Origin: Ostreococcus lucimarinus | Taxonomy: Eukaryota | Assembly: GCA_000092065.1 (NCBI GenBank) | Contig: CP000592.1 | Reading direction: 5' to 3' (one strand) | DNA: 64,000 bases | Shown: piece after piece, positions 11,354-22,312 of the stretch | How the letters are laid out: each line of letters begins with the position of its first letter | Position numbering within the stretch: the first letter of the stretch is position 1 | Program-made: the position numbers and the translations under genes | Notes under the pieces: model-generated | Seen by the model: the letters and a program-made list of their open reading frames with translations, nothing else | Told to the model about the DNA's origin: nothing | Databases searched by the model: none

Positions 11354-12685
11354 CTATGTCGAAACTTTGTAAATGTCCTGTAACCACACGAATAAGATGC
11401 AGTAGCCCGCGAAGAGGAGATACGCGACGAGGAAGGCGCCCCCAGCGCGACGAGTGAGTCGCCAGCCATTAAAAAATAACGCGAAATAGTACATGGCTAG
11501 CACGCCAAAGAGAATACCGATGGAAGGCATGAGCTGAGATGTCTCGATGAGTACTCGGCCGCCTGGCTTTGTCGGTAAAATGATGAGCCAAGGAAGACCG
11601 AGGCCGAGCCAAATGTCAAACACGTTGCTGCCGACGGCGTTCGCTACGGCCATGTCGCCTTCGCCGGCTTTCGCCACGGCAATGGAACCGAGAGCATCTG
11701 GGATCGAGGTACCGGCGGCGACGACCAACATTCCCATGACGACTTCGGGGATCCCGATTATGCATCCCATGCGAGCGGCCCATGAAACCATAAAGTAGGA
11801 AATCACGCTGATCCATGAGATGGACGCGAGGAAGGCGACGACGAACCACTTCTCGAGATGGCGCTTTGAGCAGTCTGGAATGGTGTAATGAAATGCATAT
11901 CTCCACGGTAGGCCCAGGACGTGTAATGGAACCGCGGCCATGGAATCGGGCCATTCGAATCCTTCATCGACACCGTGAGTTTCCTCCTTCGTCGGTCTTC
12001 GAGACTGTCGACGCGTATCTGCGCGTCGCAAGACTGGCATCGCCAGGGGCGCCGGCTCGGGATTCGGTTGTTTCGCACCTTTACCACTCATCCATCGCAT
12101 AATTTTTTCGTTGTAACACATGAAACAGACATACGTGAAGTACAATATAACTGAAATCAGCCCCTCGTACCAGTACACTTCACCGTCGTGAAAGATCAGC
12201 AGAATGGTTGTAATGGCGAGGGCGTAAAACGAGCAATCGCGCGTCACCGGTCGCCAATCCAACTCGAGCGTCTGACCAGCGCAGAGCACCGTGGCACCTA
12301 TGATGAAGAGTATGTTGAAAACTGCGGAACCAACGATTGCGCTAATTCCAATCTCATTCGTAGCGTCGGGGGATATCAAGCTCATCCCAGAGGAGAAGAG
12401 TTCTGGAGCAGACGATCCCGCCGCCATGAACGTCGCGCCTGCGACGTCTTCGCTCAGGTTGAGCTTGTCGCAAATCTTTTCCAACGAAGCCACGAAGTAA
12501 TCGTCGCATACGATGGCTATGCCTAAAAACATGTATAAGATACCGATTACGTACAGCGTCCAGCCACCTTGATGAATCCAATCTGGGTACTCGTCAGAGC
12601 ATCCGCCGCTCGAGGCGAGCCGGCGCGAATGCGCCATTGGCGACGACATTACGCGATCAACCCCGTAGAGCAGTTGATAAGACAC
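11354..12685 (-). CDS. K+-dependent Na+/Ca2+ exchanger (NCKX / CaCA superfamily).
   Basis: Two alpha-repeat regions: GATFMAAGSSAPELFSS and GDMAVANAVGSNVFDIWLGLGLPW. A cytosolic loop lies between two TM clusters. 443 aa, slightly short; a 5' exon upstream is possible. Confidence 0.8.
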   Translation of the reverse strand: MSYQLLYGVDRVMSSPMAHSRRLASSGGCSDEYPDWIHQGGWTLYVIGILYMFLGIAIVCDDYFVASLEKICDKLNLSEDVAGATFMAAGSSAPELFSSGMSLISPDATNEIGISAIVGSAVFNILFIIGATVLCAGQTLELDWRPVTRDCSFYALAITTILLIFHDGEVYWYEGLISVILYFTYVCFMCYNEKIMRWMSGKGAKQPNPEPAPLAMPVLRRADTRRQSRRPTKEETHGVDEGFEWPDSMAAVPLHVLGLPWRYAFHYTIPDCSKRHLEKWFVVAFLASISWISVISYFMVSWAARMGCIIGIPEVVMGMLVVAAGTSIPDALGSIAVAKAGEGDMAVANAVGSNVFDIWLGLGLPWLIILPTKPGGRVLIETSQLMPSIGILFGVLAMYYFALFFNGWRLTRRAGGAFLVAYLLFAGYCILFVWLQDIYKVST

Positions 12686-13074
12686 CGTACAAAACGATAT
12701 TAAAGCGATTGAAGTGCATCTACGGTCGCGAGTCGCGAGATCAAGACGCTCGACGTGTTAGTCAATCCGAGTCTGAGTCGAAGTTGGGTCTTTACGCTCG
12801 CTCGCCGACACAATACGTACACGAAAATACGCCACGAACGACGCGTGCGCGTGCGGAGCGCGCGTCGTTGACGCAGTACACTCGTCGTTTTCGACATTTC
12901 AAGTTCGATGCTCTCGCACGGCGCGCGCGTACACTCAGGTCTCGTTCGCGCGAGAGTCATAAAAATAGCCAAATGTTACCGTCGCTCTGAAATAAATAAC
13001 AACATCTCGGTTCGGCGCCGGCAATCGATGCGACTAAAACTACCATGGTACAACACGCATACGATTAATATCCA

Positions 13075-13728
13075 TCACTCAAATTTCGCCACGTACGGCA
13101 AAACTAACCTTCGCAGCGTCGCGCTTTCGTCTTGTTCGACTCGCGTCAGCAACGCCGCGCGCGCCAACTCCTCCCCATCCCGCGTTCGCGCGATTACCTC
13201 GAACGCCCCGACGTTCAACGCATCGTGTCGAATCACAGAGCTCAGATCGACCGCATCGAACGCGCACATCACCTCTATTTCGTCGGCGGCGCCACCGCCG
13301 CCGCTCAAAGCCGTCGCTCTCGCCTCTTCGCCGGCAGCCACCACCCTCGCGCGTGCGCGCGCGTGCGCGACGTCACAAGCGAAAGAACACTCGAACGTGC
13401 AATTCTCTACCTCGCGCAAACCGACGAATCGCGCGCGAATGACACCCGCGGCGTCGAGCTTCGCCCAACTCTCTAACCCAGCGCCAAAGAATTTCCGTCG
13501 CCCGTTCGCGCCTATCGCGCTCGCGTCGTCCGTGACCCCGTCCGACGTCGTGCACTCATCCAGCGTCGTCTCTGAAAACGCGCACGACGCGCAGCGCGCC
13601 ATGCGAACCGCGCGACACACTGTGTGAACGTTGCGAGGAGATTTAAATCGCTTTATGCCGCACTTTGCAGCGCCTCGCGAGCATCGCCGCGCGCTTCGAC
13701 GCTCGAGGTGATCGTCGAACGCGAACAC
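13075..13728 (-). CDS. Hypothetical protein (217 aa).
   Basis: Mixed amino-acid composition with Cys pairs (CASCAF, CTFECSFAC). It overlaps an antisense low-complexity ORF. No homolog recognised. Confidence 0.25.
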   Translation of the reverse strand: MFAFDDHLERRSARRCSRGAAKCGIKRFKSPRNVHTVCRAVRMARCASCAFSETTLDECTTSDGVTDDASAIGANGRRKFFGAGLESWAKLDAAGVIRARFVGLREVENCTFECSFACDVAHARARARVVAAGEEARATALSGGGGAADEIEVMCAFDAVDLSSVIRHDALNVGAFEVIARTRDGEELARAALLTRVEQDESATLRRLVLPYVAKFE

Positions 13729-14332
13729 GAAACGTGCGCGACGCGTGTGCGACGCGAATCGCGGCGTGAACGCGCGGCGGCGACCCGAGAGCTTCGGGAC
13801 GACGTTTCAGAGAAGCGTGACGTCTGAGGGTTCGCGGTCGGTGCTGAAGCTCTGACGCGCGACGCGACGGTGCGAAGCGCGCGCGGGGGCGAACGATACG
13901 TGCGCGAGAAATTCTCGTGGCGAACGCGCGCGAAACACGCGCCGTACGACGCGAGACGGGCGCGTGAGAATCGTAAAGTTCGGAACTTTTTGGGGCCGGA
14001 TAAAGGCTGAGCCTGAGAAAGCGCACGCGACGACTTGCAACGGGGCGCGTGCATTCGCATACGAGATTTGGACACAAAAGCGGTCGTGAACGTAAATGCG
14101 AACGGAGATTGAAACGAGATACGAACGCTTGAAGGCGTTGGTGGTCGTGAATACGCGACATTTGGACGCCGGTCGAGGTGGGGAGGCGCGCGAGGGCGCC
14201 GAGCCGAACGACGTGACGCAGTTGAGCGCGGGTGGAGGCCAGGTTTAGGCGAACTATCGAAGGCTGAGTCGTATTAGTTAGAAGGTTTAGGAACGCCTGG
14301 GGCTGATCGCGGGAATCGCTGACGCTACCGTC

Positions 14333-15703
14333 ATGACGGAGACCCTGAGCCGAACGGCGACGCCGAGACCTTCGACGCCGAGCGTGTTGTCGCTGCATCA
14401 ACTCGATGATCTTGACAGCGACAAAAGTTCGGCGAAAGTCGGGGCACTGTCACGCACGTCGAAGTTTCAACTCCCGAAGATCGGATACTTGAAACACGAA
14501 GCCGTGCAAGTGTTCAAGCGCGTGCGTTCGTTTGGGTCTTTTCAAGATCTCATCGTTCCCGACATTGATGGGTACGCTTCGAGCGTGTCCGACGACGAAG
14601 ACGATGACAACGACTCTTGGGGTCTTTCTGGTTACGTCACCGACGCGAGTGAATTCGATCGCATTTTGATCTCCGCGTGGGAAGATCGATTCGCCGGCGG
14701 CTTGTTTCGGTACGACGTCACCGCGGTCAGCACAAAGGTTATAGACGGCAAAAAGAAGTACGTCGCGCAGTTCAACATCGGTCGAGCGACGAATAAACGC
14801 CCGACAGAGTTTTCTGTGGATAAGGTTTGCCAAGACTTTGACGCGAACAAGTTCAACTTCACGAAAGCGGATCTCAAAGAGGTGCTCTTTTCTTTCACCA
14901 AGCTCGCTGGTGAGGCGGACGAAAACGTCAGTCGCTCTGTGTTTGAACCGTCAGCAGCCGTGGGTGAGAGCCCGACCGTGGTTCTGATCAATGTTTCGCC
15001 GATCGAGTACGGACACGTGCTGCTTTGTCCTCGCGTGACAGACATGCTTCCGCAGCAAATCAGCCCAGAAAATTTGCTTCCGGCGCTGTACATGGCGGCT
15101 GAATCGCGAAATCCGTACTTCCGCGTAGGATACAACTCCCTCGGAGCGTACGCGACGATCAATCATCTTCATTTTCAGGCGTACTATCTCATGGAAGCGT
15201 TTCCCATCGAGCGTGCGAACACGGTCGAAATCTTCCCGGGTACGCATGGCGACTGCACCGTATACCGCGTGAACGGTTACCCGGTGCGCTGCTTGTGCTT
15301 TGAAGTCGGCGATTCCTTCGAAGAGCTCGCCTCGCTCGTGGGTGGATGCGCCGTGAAGTTGCAAGGGGCGAACATTCCGTTTAACATTTTGATCGCCGAT
15401 CACGGCGCGAGAGTGTTTTTGATCCCTCAGGTCTTTTCGATTCGCATCGCGAACAACAAAATTCCAGAGCACGTCATTCACACGGGCGTAAATCCGGCGG
15501 TGTTTGAAATATCTGGACATCTTCTCTACAAACAAGAATCGGACTACGATCAGTGCACCGAGACTAGTGCAGAGGAGCTTTTGGCGTGCGCATCGTTGAC
15601 TGAAGAGCAGTTCGTTAAGCTCATCGACCACACAGTGGGCGATAAAAAATCAAACGAAGACGCCGTCGCGGCGTTGGCTTCTATTGTTGAGTCTGAGTTG
15701 TGA
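14333..15703 (+). CDS. VTC2: GDP-L-galactose phosphorylase (VTC2/VTC5-like, HIT superfamily), the Smirnoff-Wheeler ascorbate-pathway enzyme.
   Basis: HIT-like catalytic region GYNSLGAYATINHLHFQAYY. Also LNVSPIEYGHVLLCP and the flanking conserved blocks typical of VTC2. I verified the ATG at 14333. 456 aa. Confidence 0.85.
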   Translation: MTETLSRTATPRPSTPSVLSLHQLDDLDSDKSSAKVGALSRTSKFQLPKIGYLKHEAVQVFKRVRSFGSFQDLIVPDIDGYASSVSDDEDDDNDSWGLSGYVTDASEFDRILISAWEDRFAGGLFRYDVTAVSTKVIDGKKKYVAQFNIGRATNKRPTEFSVDKVCQDFDANKFNFTKADLKEVLFSFTKLAGEADENVSRSVFEPSAAVGESPTVVLINVSPIEYGHVLLCPRVTDMLPQQISPENLLPALYMAAESRNPYFRVGYNSLGAYATINHLHFQAYYLMEAFPIERANTVEIFPGTHGDCTVYRVNGYPVRCLCFEVGDSFEELASLVGGCAVKLQGANIPFNILIADHGARVFLIPQVFSIRIANNKIPEHVIHTGVNPAVFEISGHLLYKQESDYDQCTETSAEELLACASLTEEQFVKLIDHTVGDKKSNEDAVAALASIVESEL

Positions 15704-15924
15704 AGACGCAGACGTTACTTTGATTGCTCGGGCGAGTTGAACGTTCTCACGCGTCCAGCCGTATATCACCACCATCTGATTCTATTTTTTCATTGACAAC
15801 ATTGCACGTAGGCGCGTTGCCGCGGATTCCAGCGCGCTCGTCAGACGCCTTTTTGACGCACAGTTTTTTCGTTTGGTAGCGGATTAAACGTGTTTTGCTA
15901 TATCATATATCATATATCAGTTAT

Positions 15925-17268
15925 CTACTTGCGGTGCGCCGCGCCGATGGCGTCTTGCACACTCTTGAAACCGTCGCGCGCCAAGCACTCCTCGAGTTCT
16001 CGCTTGATTCTAGGTATCAAAGGCGGACCTTCGAAGGCAAACGCGGTGTACAACTGCACCAACGACGCGCCCGCGCGAATCTTTGCGTACGCGTCTTCGC
16101 CGCTGGCGATGCCGCCGCATCCCACCAAGGTGATTTTGCCGCCCGTGAGCTTGTACAGGTCGTGCAACACCTTAGTGCTCGGCTCCATGAGCGGTTTACC
16201 GCTCAGACCGCCCGCTTCGTCGCCGTGCGCGTGCGCTTTGATGGCGTCCGGTCGCGCGATGGTGGTGTTGCTCACGATGACTCCGTCGACCTTTTCGCTC
16301 TTCACCACGCTCGCGATATCCCTCAACGCGGCGTCGGTGAGATCGGGGGCGATTTTCACCAACACCGGCGTCTTCGCGGTGCCCGGATTTTTGTCGCGCG
16401 CGTCCAAAACCTTGCGCAGCAACCCGCTCAAATGCTTGCGACCTTGCAAGTTTCTCAAACCCGGCGTGTTCGGCGAGGAAATGTTCACGACGATGTAATC
16501 GCCGAATTCCCCGATATTCTCCACCCCCAAGACGTAATCATCCGCCGCGTTGTCTTCAGGAGTGAGCTTATTCTTCCCGAGATTTACGCCGAGCACCCCG
16601 CGCGGCTCCGCCGTCGCGTCGTCGCCCTCGGCGGCGACGGCGTCGCGCCGCCTCGCCAATCGCGTCCTCGCGCTCTCGTGTCCCTGGCTGTTGAACCCAT
16701 ACCGATTGATCACCGCCCCGTGTTCGCGCAGGCGGAACGCGCGCGGTTTCGGATTCCCCGGCTGCGGCTTCGGCGTCACGCTCCCGATCTCCACGAACCC
16801 GAATCCCACCCTCAGCAACGCCTCGAACGCCCTCGCGTCCTTATCGAATCCCGCCGCCAGACCGATCGGGTTCGAAAACGTCGTCCCGAGCGCCTCCACG
16901 CGCAGCGCCTCCCCGTCTCGCCGCCTTCGTCTCGGTCCCAGTCCCAGCGCGAGCGCCGCCACCGCGACGTCGTGCGCCGTCTCCGCGTCGAGCGCTCGCA
17001 GCGCCGGCGTCGCCGCGCCGTACGCCGCGAACTCCGCGTCCTCCGCCCAGTCTCCGTCCGCGAATCGCACCGCCGCCATCGCGCCGCAGACGCCGAGCGC
17101 GCCGGCCGCGAGCGTCGAGATTCCGCCTCGGCGCGCGCGCGGCGCCGTCGCGCAATCATCCGCCGCGCGCGACGCGAACGCGCGCGCGCCGTCGCTCGCG
17201 CCGCGATGGCGAACGGCGCGCAGCGCGATTTCGACGCCGCGACGCGCGGCGCGCCGACCGGCGTCCAT
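15925..17268 (-). CDS. DHODH: Dihydroorotate dehydrogenase (quinone), class 2, mitochondrial.
   Basis: N-terminal presequence plus membrane anchor, then a class-2 DHOD core. Motifs GLDKDA, GFGFVEIGSVTPKPQPGNPKPR, NRYGFNSQG, IIGVGGISSG-like LVGCGGIASGEDAY and a catalytic Ser region. Confidence 0.9.
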   Translation of the reverse strand: MDAGRRAARRGVEIALRAVRHRGASDGARAFASRAADDCATAPRARRGGISTLAAGALGVCGAMAAVRFADGDWAEDAEFAAYGAATPALRALDAETAHDVAVAALALGLGPRRRRRDGEALRVEALGTTFSNPIGLAAGFDKDARAFEALLRVGFGFVEIGSVTPKPQPGNPKPRAFRLREHGAVINRYGFNSQGHESARTRLARRRDAVAAEGDDATAEPRGVLGVNLGKNKLTPEDNAADDYVLGVENIGEFGDYIVVNISSPNTPGLRNLQGRKHLSGLLRKVLDARDKNPGTAKTPVLVKIAPDLTDAALRDIASVVKSEKVDGVIVSNTTIARPDAIKAHAHGDEAGGLSGKPLMEPSTKVLHDLYKLTGGKITLVGCGGIASGEDAYAKIRAGASLVQLYTAFAFEGPPLIPRIKRELEECLARDGFKSVQDAIGAAHRK

Positions 17269-17598
17269 GGCGACGCGACGCGCGACGGCGAGTGCGGCAC
17301 ATCGCGACGCGAACGCAGAGGTGCGACGGCGCGACGCGAACGCGCATCGCGAGGCGCGACGCGAACGCGATTCGCGAGAGGCGGTCGCGCGTCGCGACGT
17401 CGCGCCGCGTCCGCGCGCGACGCGGCGCGACGCGGCGCGACGCGCGAAAGATTATCCAAAGCGTCGACGTCGACGCGATGACGGCGGCGCGACGACGACG
17501 ACGACGACGACGGGACGACGACGAGAGACGAGGACTGACGATGATGGATGCCGCGCTCCGAACGCGACGCGCAGGCGCGACGCGAACGAATAATCGAG

Positions 17599-18312
17599 AT
17601 GTCGACGACGACGCGCGCGCTCGGGACGCGATCGGCGACGCTCGCGACGACGCGAGGACGCGCGGCGAGACGACGAGGCGGTGCGGTCAGAGCGGAGGGC
17701 GGCGACGCGAGCGCGTGGAAACCGATGGCGGTGACGAAACCGAACTTGGTGAATAATCTGGACGGGAAGACGACGCGAAACATCGATGGGAAGGTGTACA
17801 CGATCGAGGCGAGAGGGGACGAAGTCGCGGTGACGGATAAATTCGGGGCGTCGTTCGAGACGCGAGTGAACAAGGCGGGCGTGATCGAGGCGGACATGTC
17901 GAAGAAGACGGGCGCGAGCGCTGGGGATGACGTGGATTTTGCGTCGTTGCAAATCACCGATTTCGTTGGATTTAACGCCAAGTATAAGATTCCGGAGGTG
18001 GTGAACGGACGCGCGGCGATGGTGGGCGCCGTCTTGGCGTTGCTGTCGAAAATCGGCGGCGGCGGCTCGGTGGCGCATCAAATGTTCACCGCCGGCGGCT
18101 TCAGTTCCATGCTCTTCATCATGGCTGCCGTTACCGCGGCGACGATCGCGCCCGCGGCGACCGGCGCGACGTCTCTTCGCGGCGCCATTCCGGACGAGAA
18201 CGCCACGTTCCCGGACGAGCGCTTGCCCACGACGTGGACGGCGACCGCCGAGGGCGTCAACGGCAAGGTCGCCATGGTGATCCTCACCCTCGCGCTCATC
18301 ACGGGCAACTAA
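17599..18312 (+). CDS. Light-harvesting-complex-like (ELIP/SEP/LHC-like) protein with a plastid transit peptide, three predicted helices and two chlorophyll-binding E-x-x-N-G-R/K-x-A-M motifs.
   Basis: Motifs PEVVNGRAAMVG (helix 1) and AEGVNGKVAMVI (helix 3) with a hydrophobic helix 2 between them. An N-terminal soluble extension of about 110 aa is present. I chose the internal Met (MSTTTRALG...) as start. A gACTGAC...CAG intron-end-like sequence just upstream (~17530-17574) suggests a 5' intron. Confidence 0.6.
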   Translation: MSTTTRALGTRSATLATTRGRAARRRGGAVRAEGGDASAWKPMAVTKPNLVNNLDGKTTRNIDGKVYTIEARGDEVAVTDKFGASFETRVNKAGVIEADMSKKTGASAGDDVDFASLQITDFVGFNAKYKIPEVVNGRAAMVGAVLALLSKIGGGGSVAHQMFTAGGFSSMLFIMAAVTAATIAPAATGATSLRGAIPDENATFPDERLPTTWTATAEGVNGKVAMVILTLALITGN

Positions 18313-18444
18313 TCACGCGCGAGTAGGCCGCTCCGAGGCAAGCATTCATTTTTAATTTTCAAAGCGAGAAAATGACGTATTCGCGCCTTTGCCTAAACAC
18401 GGGTGATGTGAATATTAAATTCGTGTGTCGGGAAACGGGAGCGC

Positions 18445-20013
18445 TTAGGACTGACGGTACCCTTGGCCGCCGTACTGCGCGTATTGCTGCGCGTACTGCG
18501 ACTGCTGGGTGTAGTAGCCTTGTTGTTGCATCTGCTGCTCGGTGTATTGAGCCGCGCGACCGTTGTTCTGACGCGCGCCGTTTTGATCGGATCCGTCTTG
18601 GGTCTTGTATCCCGGCGGAGCGCCTTGCTTGGCGCCCGGCGCCGCGGCATACGCCGGGGGGTACGCGGGAGGGTAGGCTTGCTGCACCGCGTACGGGTAC
18701 GCAGGTTGGTGCGGCATGGCGTAAGGGTAGGAGTACATGGGATGGCCATACGCGTTGGGCATGTTGGCGAACGCTTGTTGCGGCGCCGCGCTCGAGCCCG
18801 AAGTGGACTGCGTCTTGTCGCCGCCCGCTTGTTGGCTCTGCGCCGCGGCTTGTTGCTTGTAGTAATCCGCATACGCGTTGTTTTGATCAGCGGGTTGCGC
18901 CGATTGCTGGTAACCTTCGTAGCCAGTGTAGCCGCCCGCCATGGGCACCGCCGGAGGCATCATGTAGTTGCCGTAGGCGTTGGGCATCATACCGCCAAAG
19001 TACGCCGGGTACGCTGCTTGCTGCTCCGCGGCACCGCTCGTCGTCGTGCTGCCGTTGACGGCGTCCGGCAACTTGGAGGCCACACCAGAATTTCTGCTAG
19101 ATTGCTTCTTGTTCGCTTGCGGCTGTTGCTGCTGCACGCCCCAGCCCGCCGCCGAGCCGTTGACGGCTGAGGACGAATCAAATCCAAAGCCAAAGTCACC
19201 GCCTGAGGTGGAGAAGTTGCCAAACTGAAGGCCAAGATCTTGCGCTTGCGCGCGATCGTTCGCTTGCGCTTGCTGCGGTCGCGGCACCGCAGCAGCCTGC
19301 GCGGCGGCGTCGAAACCAAAGCCAAAGCTCTCGGCGGATTGTTGCTGCGCCGCCGCGGGTCGTTGCTGTTGCTGTTGCTGCTGCGCGGGAGGTTGCGCCG
19401 CCACCGGCGCCGCCGCCGCGGGCGCGGGCGCACCCGGACCCGCCACCTTCTTGGCCCAGTTCATCGTCGCCTCGGCCGCGCTCGCCGGCGCCGCAGCTTG
19501 TTTGGGCGCCGGCTTGCCGCCTTGCGGGCGCGGCACCGCGCCACCCTTGGCGCCGCCGCGACCAGCTTGCGGCGCCGCCGACGGCGCCGGAGCCGCCACC
19601 GCGGGCTCACCACGAACTAAATCAGCGAGTGTTTTCCCACCAGGCCGAATCGGCGCGGGATTCGGCGCCGGTTCGAGCTTCGCCGGCGCCGCCGAGGGCG
19701 CCGCCGCCGCCGCGGGCGCCGCCGCGGCTCTCGCCGGCTTCCCTCCGCGCTCATCCCCGCGCTCACCCGCGCGCGGCGTCGGGAACTTCCCACCATTCTC
19801 AAACTTCCCATTTCTCCCCGGCTTACCATCGCGCCCTTGACCGTCGTACGCGCGTCCGTTCGTCCGTTCCCCGCCGAACTTTCCGCCTCGTCGTTCGCCG
19901 CCGTCTCTGTTATTATGTTGATTCCCAACCTTACCCCCCGCCCCGCTCTGCGCCCCGTTCGCCGGCTTCTTCTTCTGTTTCTTTCCGATCGTCTCAAACT
20001 TATCCACTGTCAT
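18445..20013 (-). CDS. Intrinsically disordered Q/A/G/P/Y-rich protein with FGFGFD repeats (522 aa).
   Basis: Begins MTVDKFETIGKKQKKK. Gly/Arg-rich N-terminal quarter, long poly-Q, FG repeats and a YxxQQ-rich C-terminus. Prion-like or FG-nucleoporin-like low complexity. Function unknown. Confidence 0.4.
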   Translation of the reverse strand: MTVDKFETIGKKQKKKPANGAQSGAGGKVGNQHNNRDGGERRGGKFGGERTNGRAYDGQGRDGKPGRNGKFENGGKFPTPRAGERGDERGGKPARAAAAPAAAAAPSAAPAKLEPAPNPAPIRPGGKTLADLVRGEPAVAAPAPSAAPQAGRGGAKGGAVPRPQGGKPAPKQAAAPASAAEATMNWAKKVAGPGAPAPAAAAPVAAQPPAQQQQQQQRPAAAQQQSAESFGFGFDAAAQAAAVPRPQQAQANDRAQAQDLGLQFGNFSTSGGDFGFGFDSSSAVNGSAAGWGVQQQQPQANKKQSSRNSGVASKLPDAVNGSTTTSGAAEQQAAYPAYFGGMMPNAYGNYMMPPAVPMAGGYTGYEGYQQSAQPADQNNAYADYYKQQAAAQSQQAGGDKTQSTSGSSAAPQQAFANMPNAYGHPMYSYPYAMPHQPAYPYAVQQAYPPAYPPAYAAAPGAKQGAPPGYKTQDGSDQNGARQNNGRAAQYTEQQMQQQGYYTQQSQYAQQYAQYGGQGYRQS

Positions 20014-20596
20014 CGCGCGCGCTCAGTCGTCGTCAGTCGTCCGCGTCGTTCGCGTCGTCGCGCGTCGTCCCCATCCCTCGAGTCGCGATTCGTCAGCCGC
20101 CAAACGCGGCGGGGCCGCGATCGCCCGTCGTCCCATCGTCTACCGTCGCTCGCGCGTTCGCCGCGCCTCGCTCGCCCGTCCGCGCCGTCTCGTCGCACGC
20201 ACTGTTTAACAACCGATCGATCGCGCGATCGACGTCGCCGCCGCACGCGTCGAGGACGTCGGCGCAGTCTCGCTCGGCGTGCCCGCTCATCTGCGCGAGC
20301 GCCTTCGCGGACGTCATCTTTCGCGGTCCGCGAGCGGTGCGACGCGCGCGGCGGGTTCGCGCGCGGGTGACGCGGCGCGTGGATTTTTTTCTCGGCGGCG
20401 CGAGCGAGTCGAGCGACGCGGGAGGCGGCGCGCGCGCGTGTGCGGCGGCGCGCGCGCGCGCGAGGGCGTGACGTCTTTCGCGGGGCGCTACAATACGGAA
20501 CCATCCCTATGTACATCGCGGTGTCGATTTCGCGCGGGAAACTTTGGAATTTGGCTGGGTGGCTAGAGGGAGTTTGTTTTGTTTTAGGCGATCGTT

Positions 20597-21581
20597 TCAG
20601 GCGTCTCCGGGCGCGAGCGCGCGCATCGCGCACTCGTACGCGAAGAAACTGAGCGAACTCATCGGGATGGTTTTCACGGTCGTCGCGCGAAGGCCGGCGT
20701 AGAAACCGCGGAGACCGCGGTCGCGGAATAACGCGCGGGCGACGGCGAGAAAACCGCCGCGCTCGACGACCATTCGACGGGAGACGACGTCGAGGGGAAA
20801 GCTCACGGCTTGACCACACGCGGCGCTGATCATGCCGAACGCGAGGCTCGGAGCGGCGGCGGCGGCGGCGGAGCGAGCGGCGGACTTGGCGCGACGGCTG
20901 CGACGAAGACGCGCGTCAGTCGGACGAAAAAGCGACGAGGCGAAAGAGGACGCACCCGTACCAATCGCGCATTAAATCGTAACTCCCGAACGTGATCGCG
21001 GCCTCGGGAACGACGGCTATCGCCGCCGGTAACGCGCCTCGGTACAGGCCCCGCGCGCCTTCGTCGCGAAAAATTTTACGCAACCCGCGTCCCAAGCCGA
21101 GCGTCGCCGCGCTCGGCCCGCCCGTCGCCTGTCGCACCAGCAACGAGTCGAGCGGGTACAACAGCGCGAGCGACGACAATCCCGCGACCGCGCCCGAGAT
21201 CAGCGCGTCGCTCGCGCGCGCCGCGTTCGACGTCGACGTCCCCGCGGCGGCTCGAGCGCGCCGCAGCGCCTCCTTCACCGCGCCGAAGACCAAAAAGTTC
21301 AACCCTTTCGCGGGCGCGTGTCGCGCGACCGAGGCTTTGGTGCCGGCGAACAGCGCGGACGCGCCCTCGGTGCGATAGATGGCGCGCAGGGACGTGGATT
21401 CGTTGGAACCGCGACCCGTCATCACGCGCAGCCGTCGCACCTCCAACGGCTGCGTCGCGATCCGCGACACCGCGCCGGACGCGCATCCGGCGACGAAGCG
21501 CGCGGACGCGTTCGTCGTCGACGACGGCGCGTCGTCGCGCGAAGTCGACGACGGGGCGTCGACGACGCGCGAACGCGCCAT
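20597..21581 (-). CDS. Mitochondrial carrier family (SLC25) protein with two exons.
   Basis: Three carrier repeats with P-x-[DE]-x-x-[KR] signatures (PLEVRR, PLDSLL, PLDVVSRR). Exon 1 is ~21581..20956, ending ...RDWYG followed by GTGCGT. I place a micro-intron of about 58 nt with gACTGAC 16 nt before the CAG, and exon 2 at ~20897..20597. An alternative acceptor 63 nt downstream is also in frame. Confidence 0.65.
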
Positions 21582-21708
21582 GACGCGTCGAGCGAGTCGA
21601 CGAGTGCGGGACGAGGCGCCGCGTCGACGGGAAACGACGAGAAACGAGGCGCCTAAATGCGTCGCGGTTAAAAGAACGCGCGTGACGACGCTCGAAATCG
21701 TCGCGGCT

Positions 21709-22167
21709 TCACTTCTTCGGACGCAAAGCGACCTCGAGCTCGGCGCCGTCCGGGCCGTCGACGACGCACTGACACGATAACCGCCAACTCTCCTTCAACT
21801 TTCCAGCGCTGAGCTTTCGCGCCTCGGGGTCGGTGCGCTCGCTCAGAAATTCGCCGCCTCGGAGAACGTCGACGCCGCACGTGCCGCAGTTGCCCATGCC
21901 GCCGCAGTTGAGCAATTTGTTCACGCCCGCGTACAGCTCGCGCTTCGCGTCCAACGCGACGGTTCGCAGCACCTCCGGTTTCTCCACCGTCGTCGTCACC
22001 GGCGCCGATTTACCGTCCTCGGAGATGAACGTCACCTTTACGGCCGCGCGCGGCGTCGGCGCGCGCGCGGTGGAGGACGCGCGCGCGCGCGTTCGGCGGT
22101 GCCGGAAAGCGTCGCAGTTTGAGCGGGGACACGCGCGCGCGACGCGCGCGGCGGTGAAGCCGGGCAT
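21709..22167 (-). CDS. 2Fe-2S ferredoxin-like iron-sulfur protein with a plastid-type transit peptide.
   Basis: Cys cluster LNCGGMGNCGTCGVDV...RLSCQC at the C-terminus of a beta-grasp-like domain. Ala/Arg/Ser/Thr-rich N-terminal presequence. Confidence 0.5.
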   Translation of the reverse strand: MPGFTAARVARACPRSNCDAFRHRRTRARASSTARAPTPRAAVKVTFISEDGKSAPVTTTVEKPEVLRTVALDAKRELYAGVNKLLNCGGMGNCGTCGVDVLRGGEFLSERTDPEARKLSAGKLKESWRLSCQCVVDGPDGAELEVALRPKK

Positions 22168-22312
22168 GAGGGACGCGCGAGAGAGAGTCTTCGCGTTCGC
22201 GCGTCCGCGAGCGCGGCGTCGAGCGCGAGCGGGAGCGCGCGCTGAAGAGTGCGGTGGGAAAGCGGCGCGCGCGGTTTGCTGTTACAAGGCGAAGATTTCG
22301 ACTCGCGATCGA

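Noticed and set aside
13643-14401. 252-aa minus-strand Arg-rich ORF upstream of VTC2.
   Set aside because: Composition (R/S/A/P), overlap with the VTC2 start region and the lack of any motif argue against it. It is probably the 5'UTR/promoter of VTC2.
16550-17981. Several 350-530-aa Arg/Ala-rich ORFs on both strands (15895..17481, 16550..17593, 16812..17981).
   Set aside because: They overlap the well-supported DHODH CDS or its GC-rich upstream region. Their composition is extreme Arg/Ala/Ser with no domain.
19629-20471. Plus-strand Pro/Arg/Ser-rich ORFs (19629..20471 and 19837..20370) near the Q/Y-rich gene.
   Set aside because: They are antisense or overlapping frames of GC-rich low-complexity DNA, with no start context or domain.
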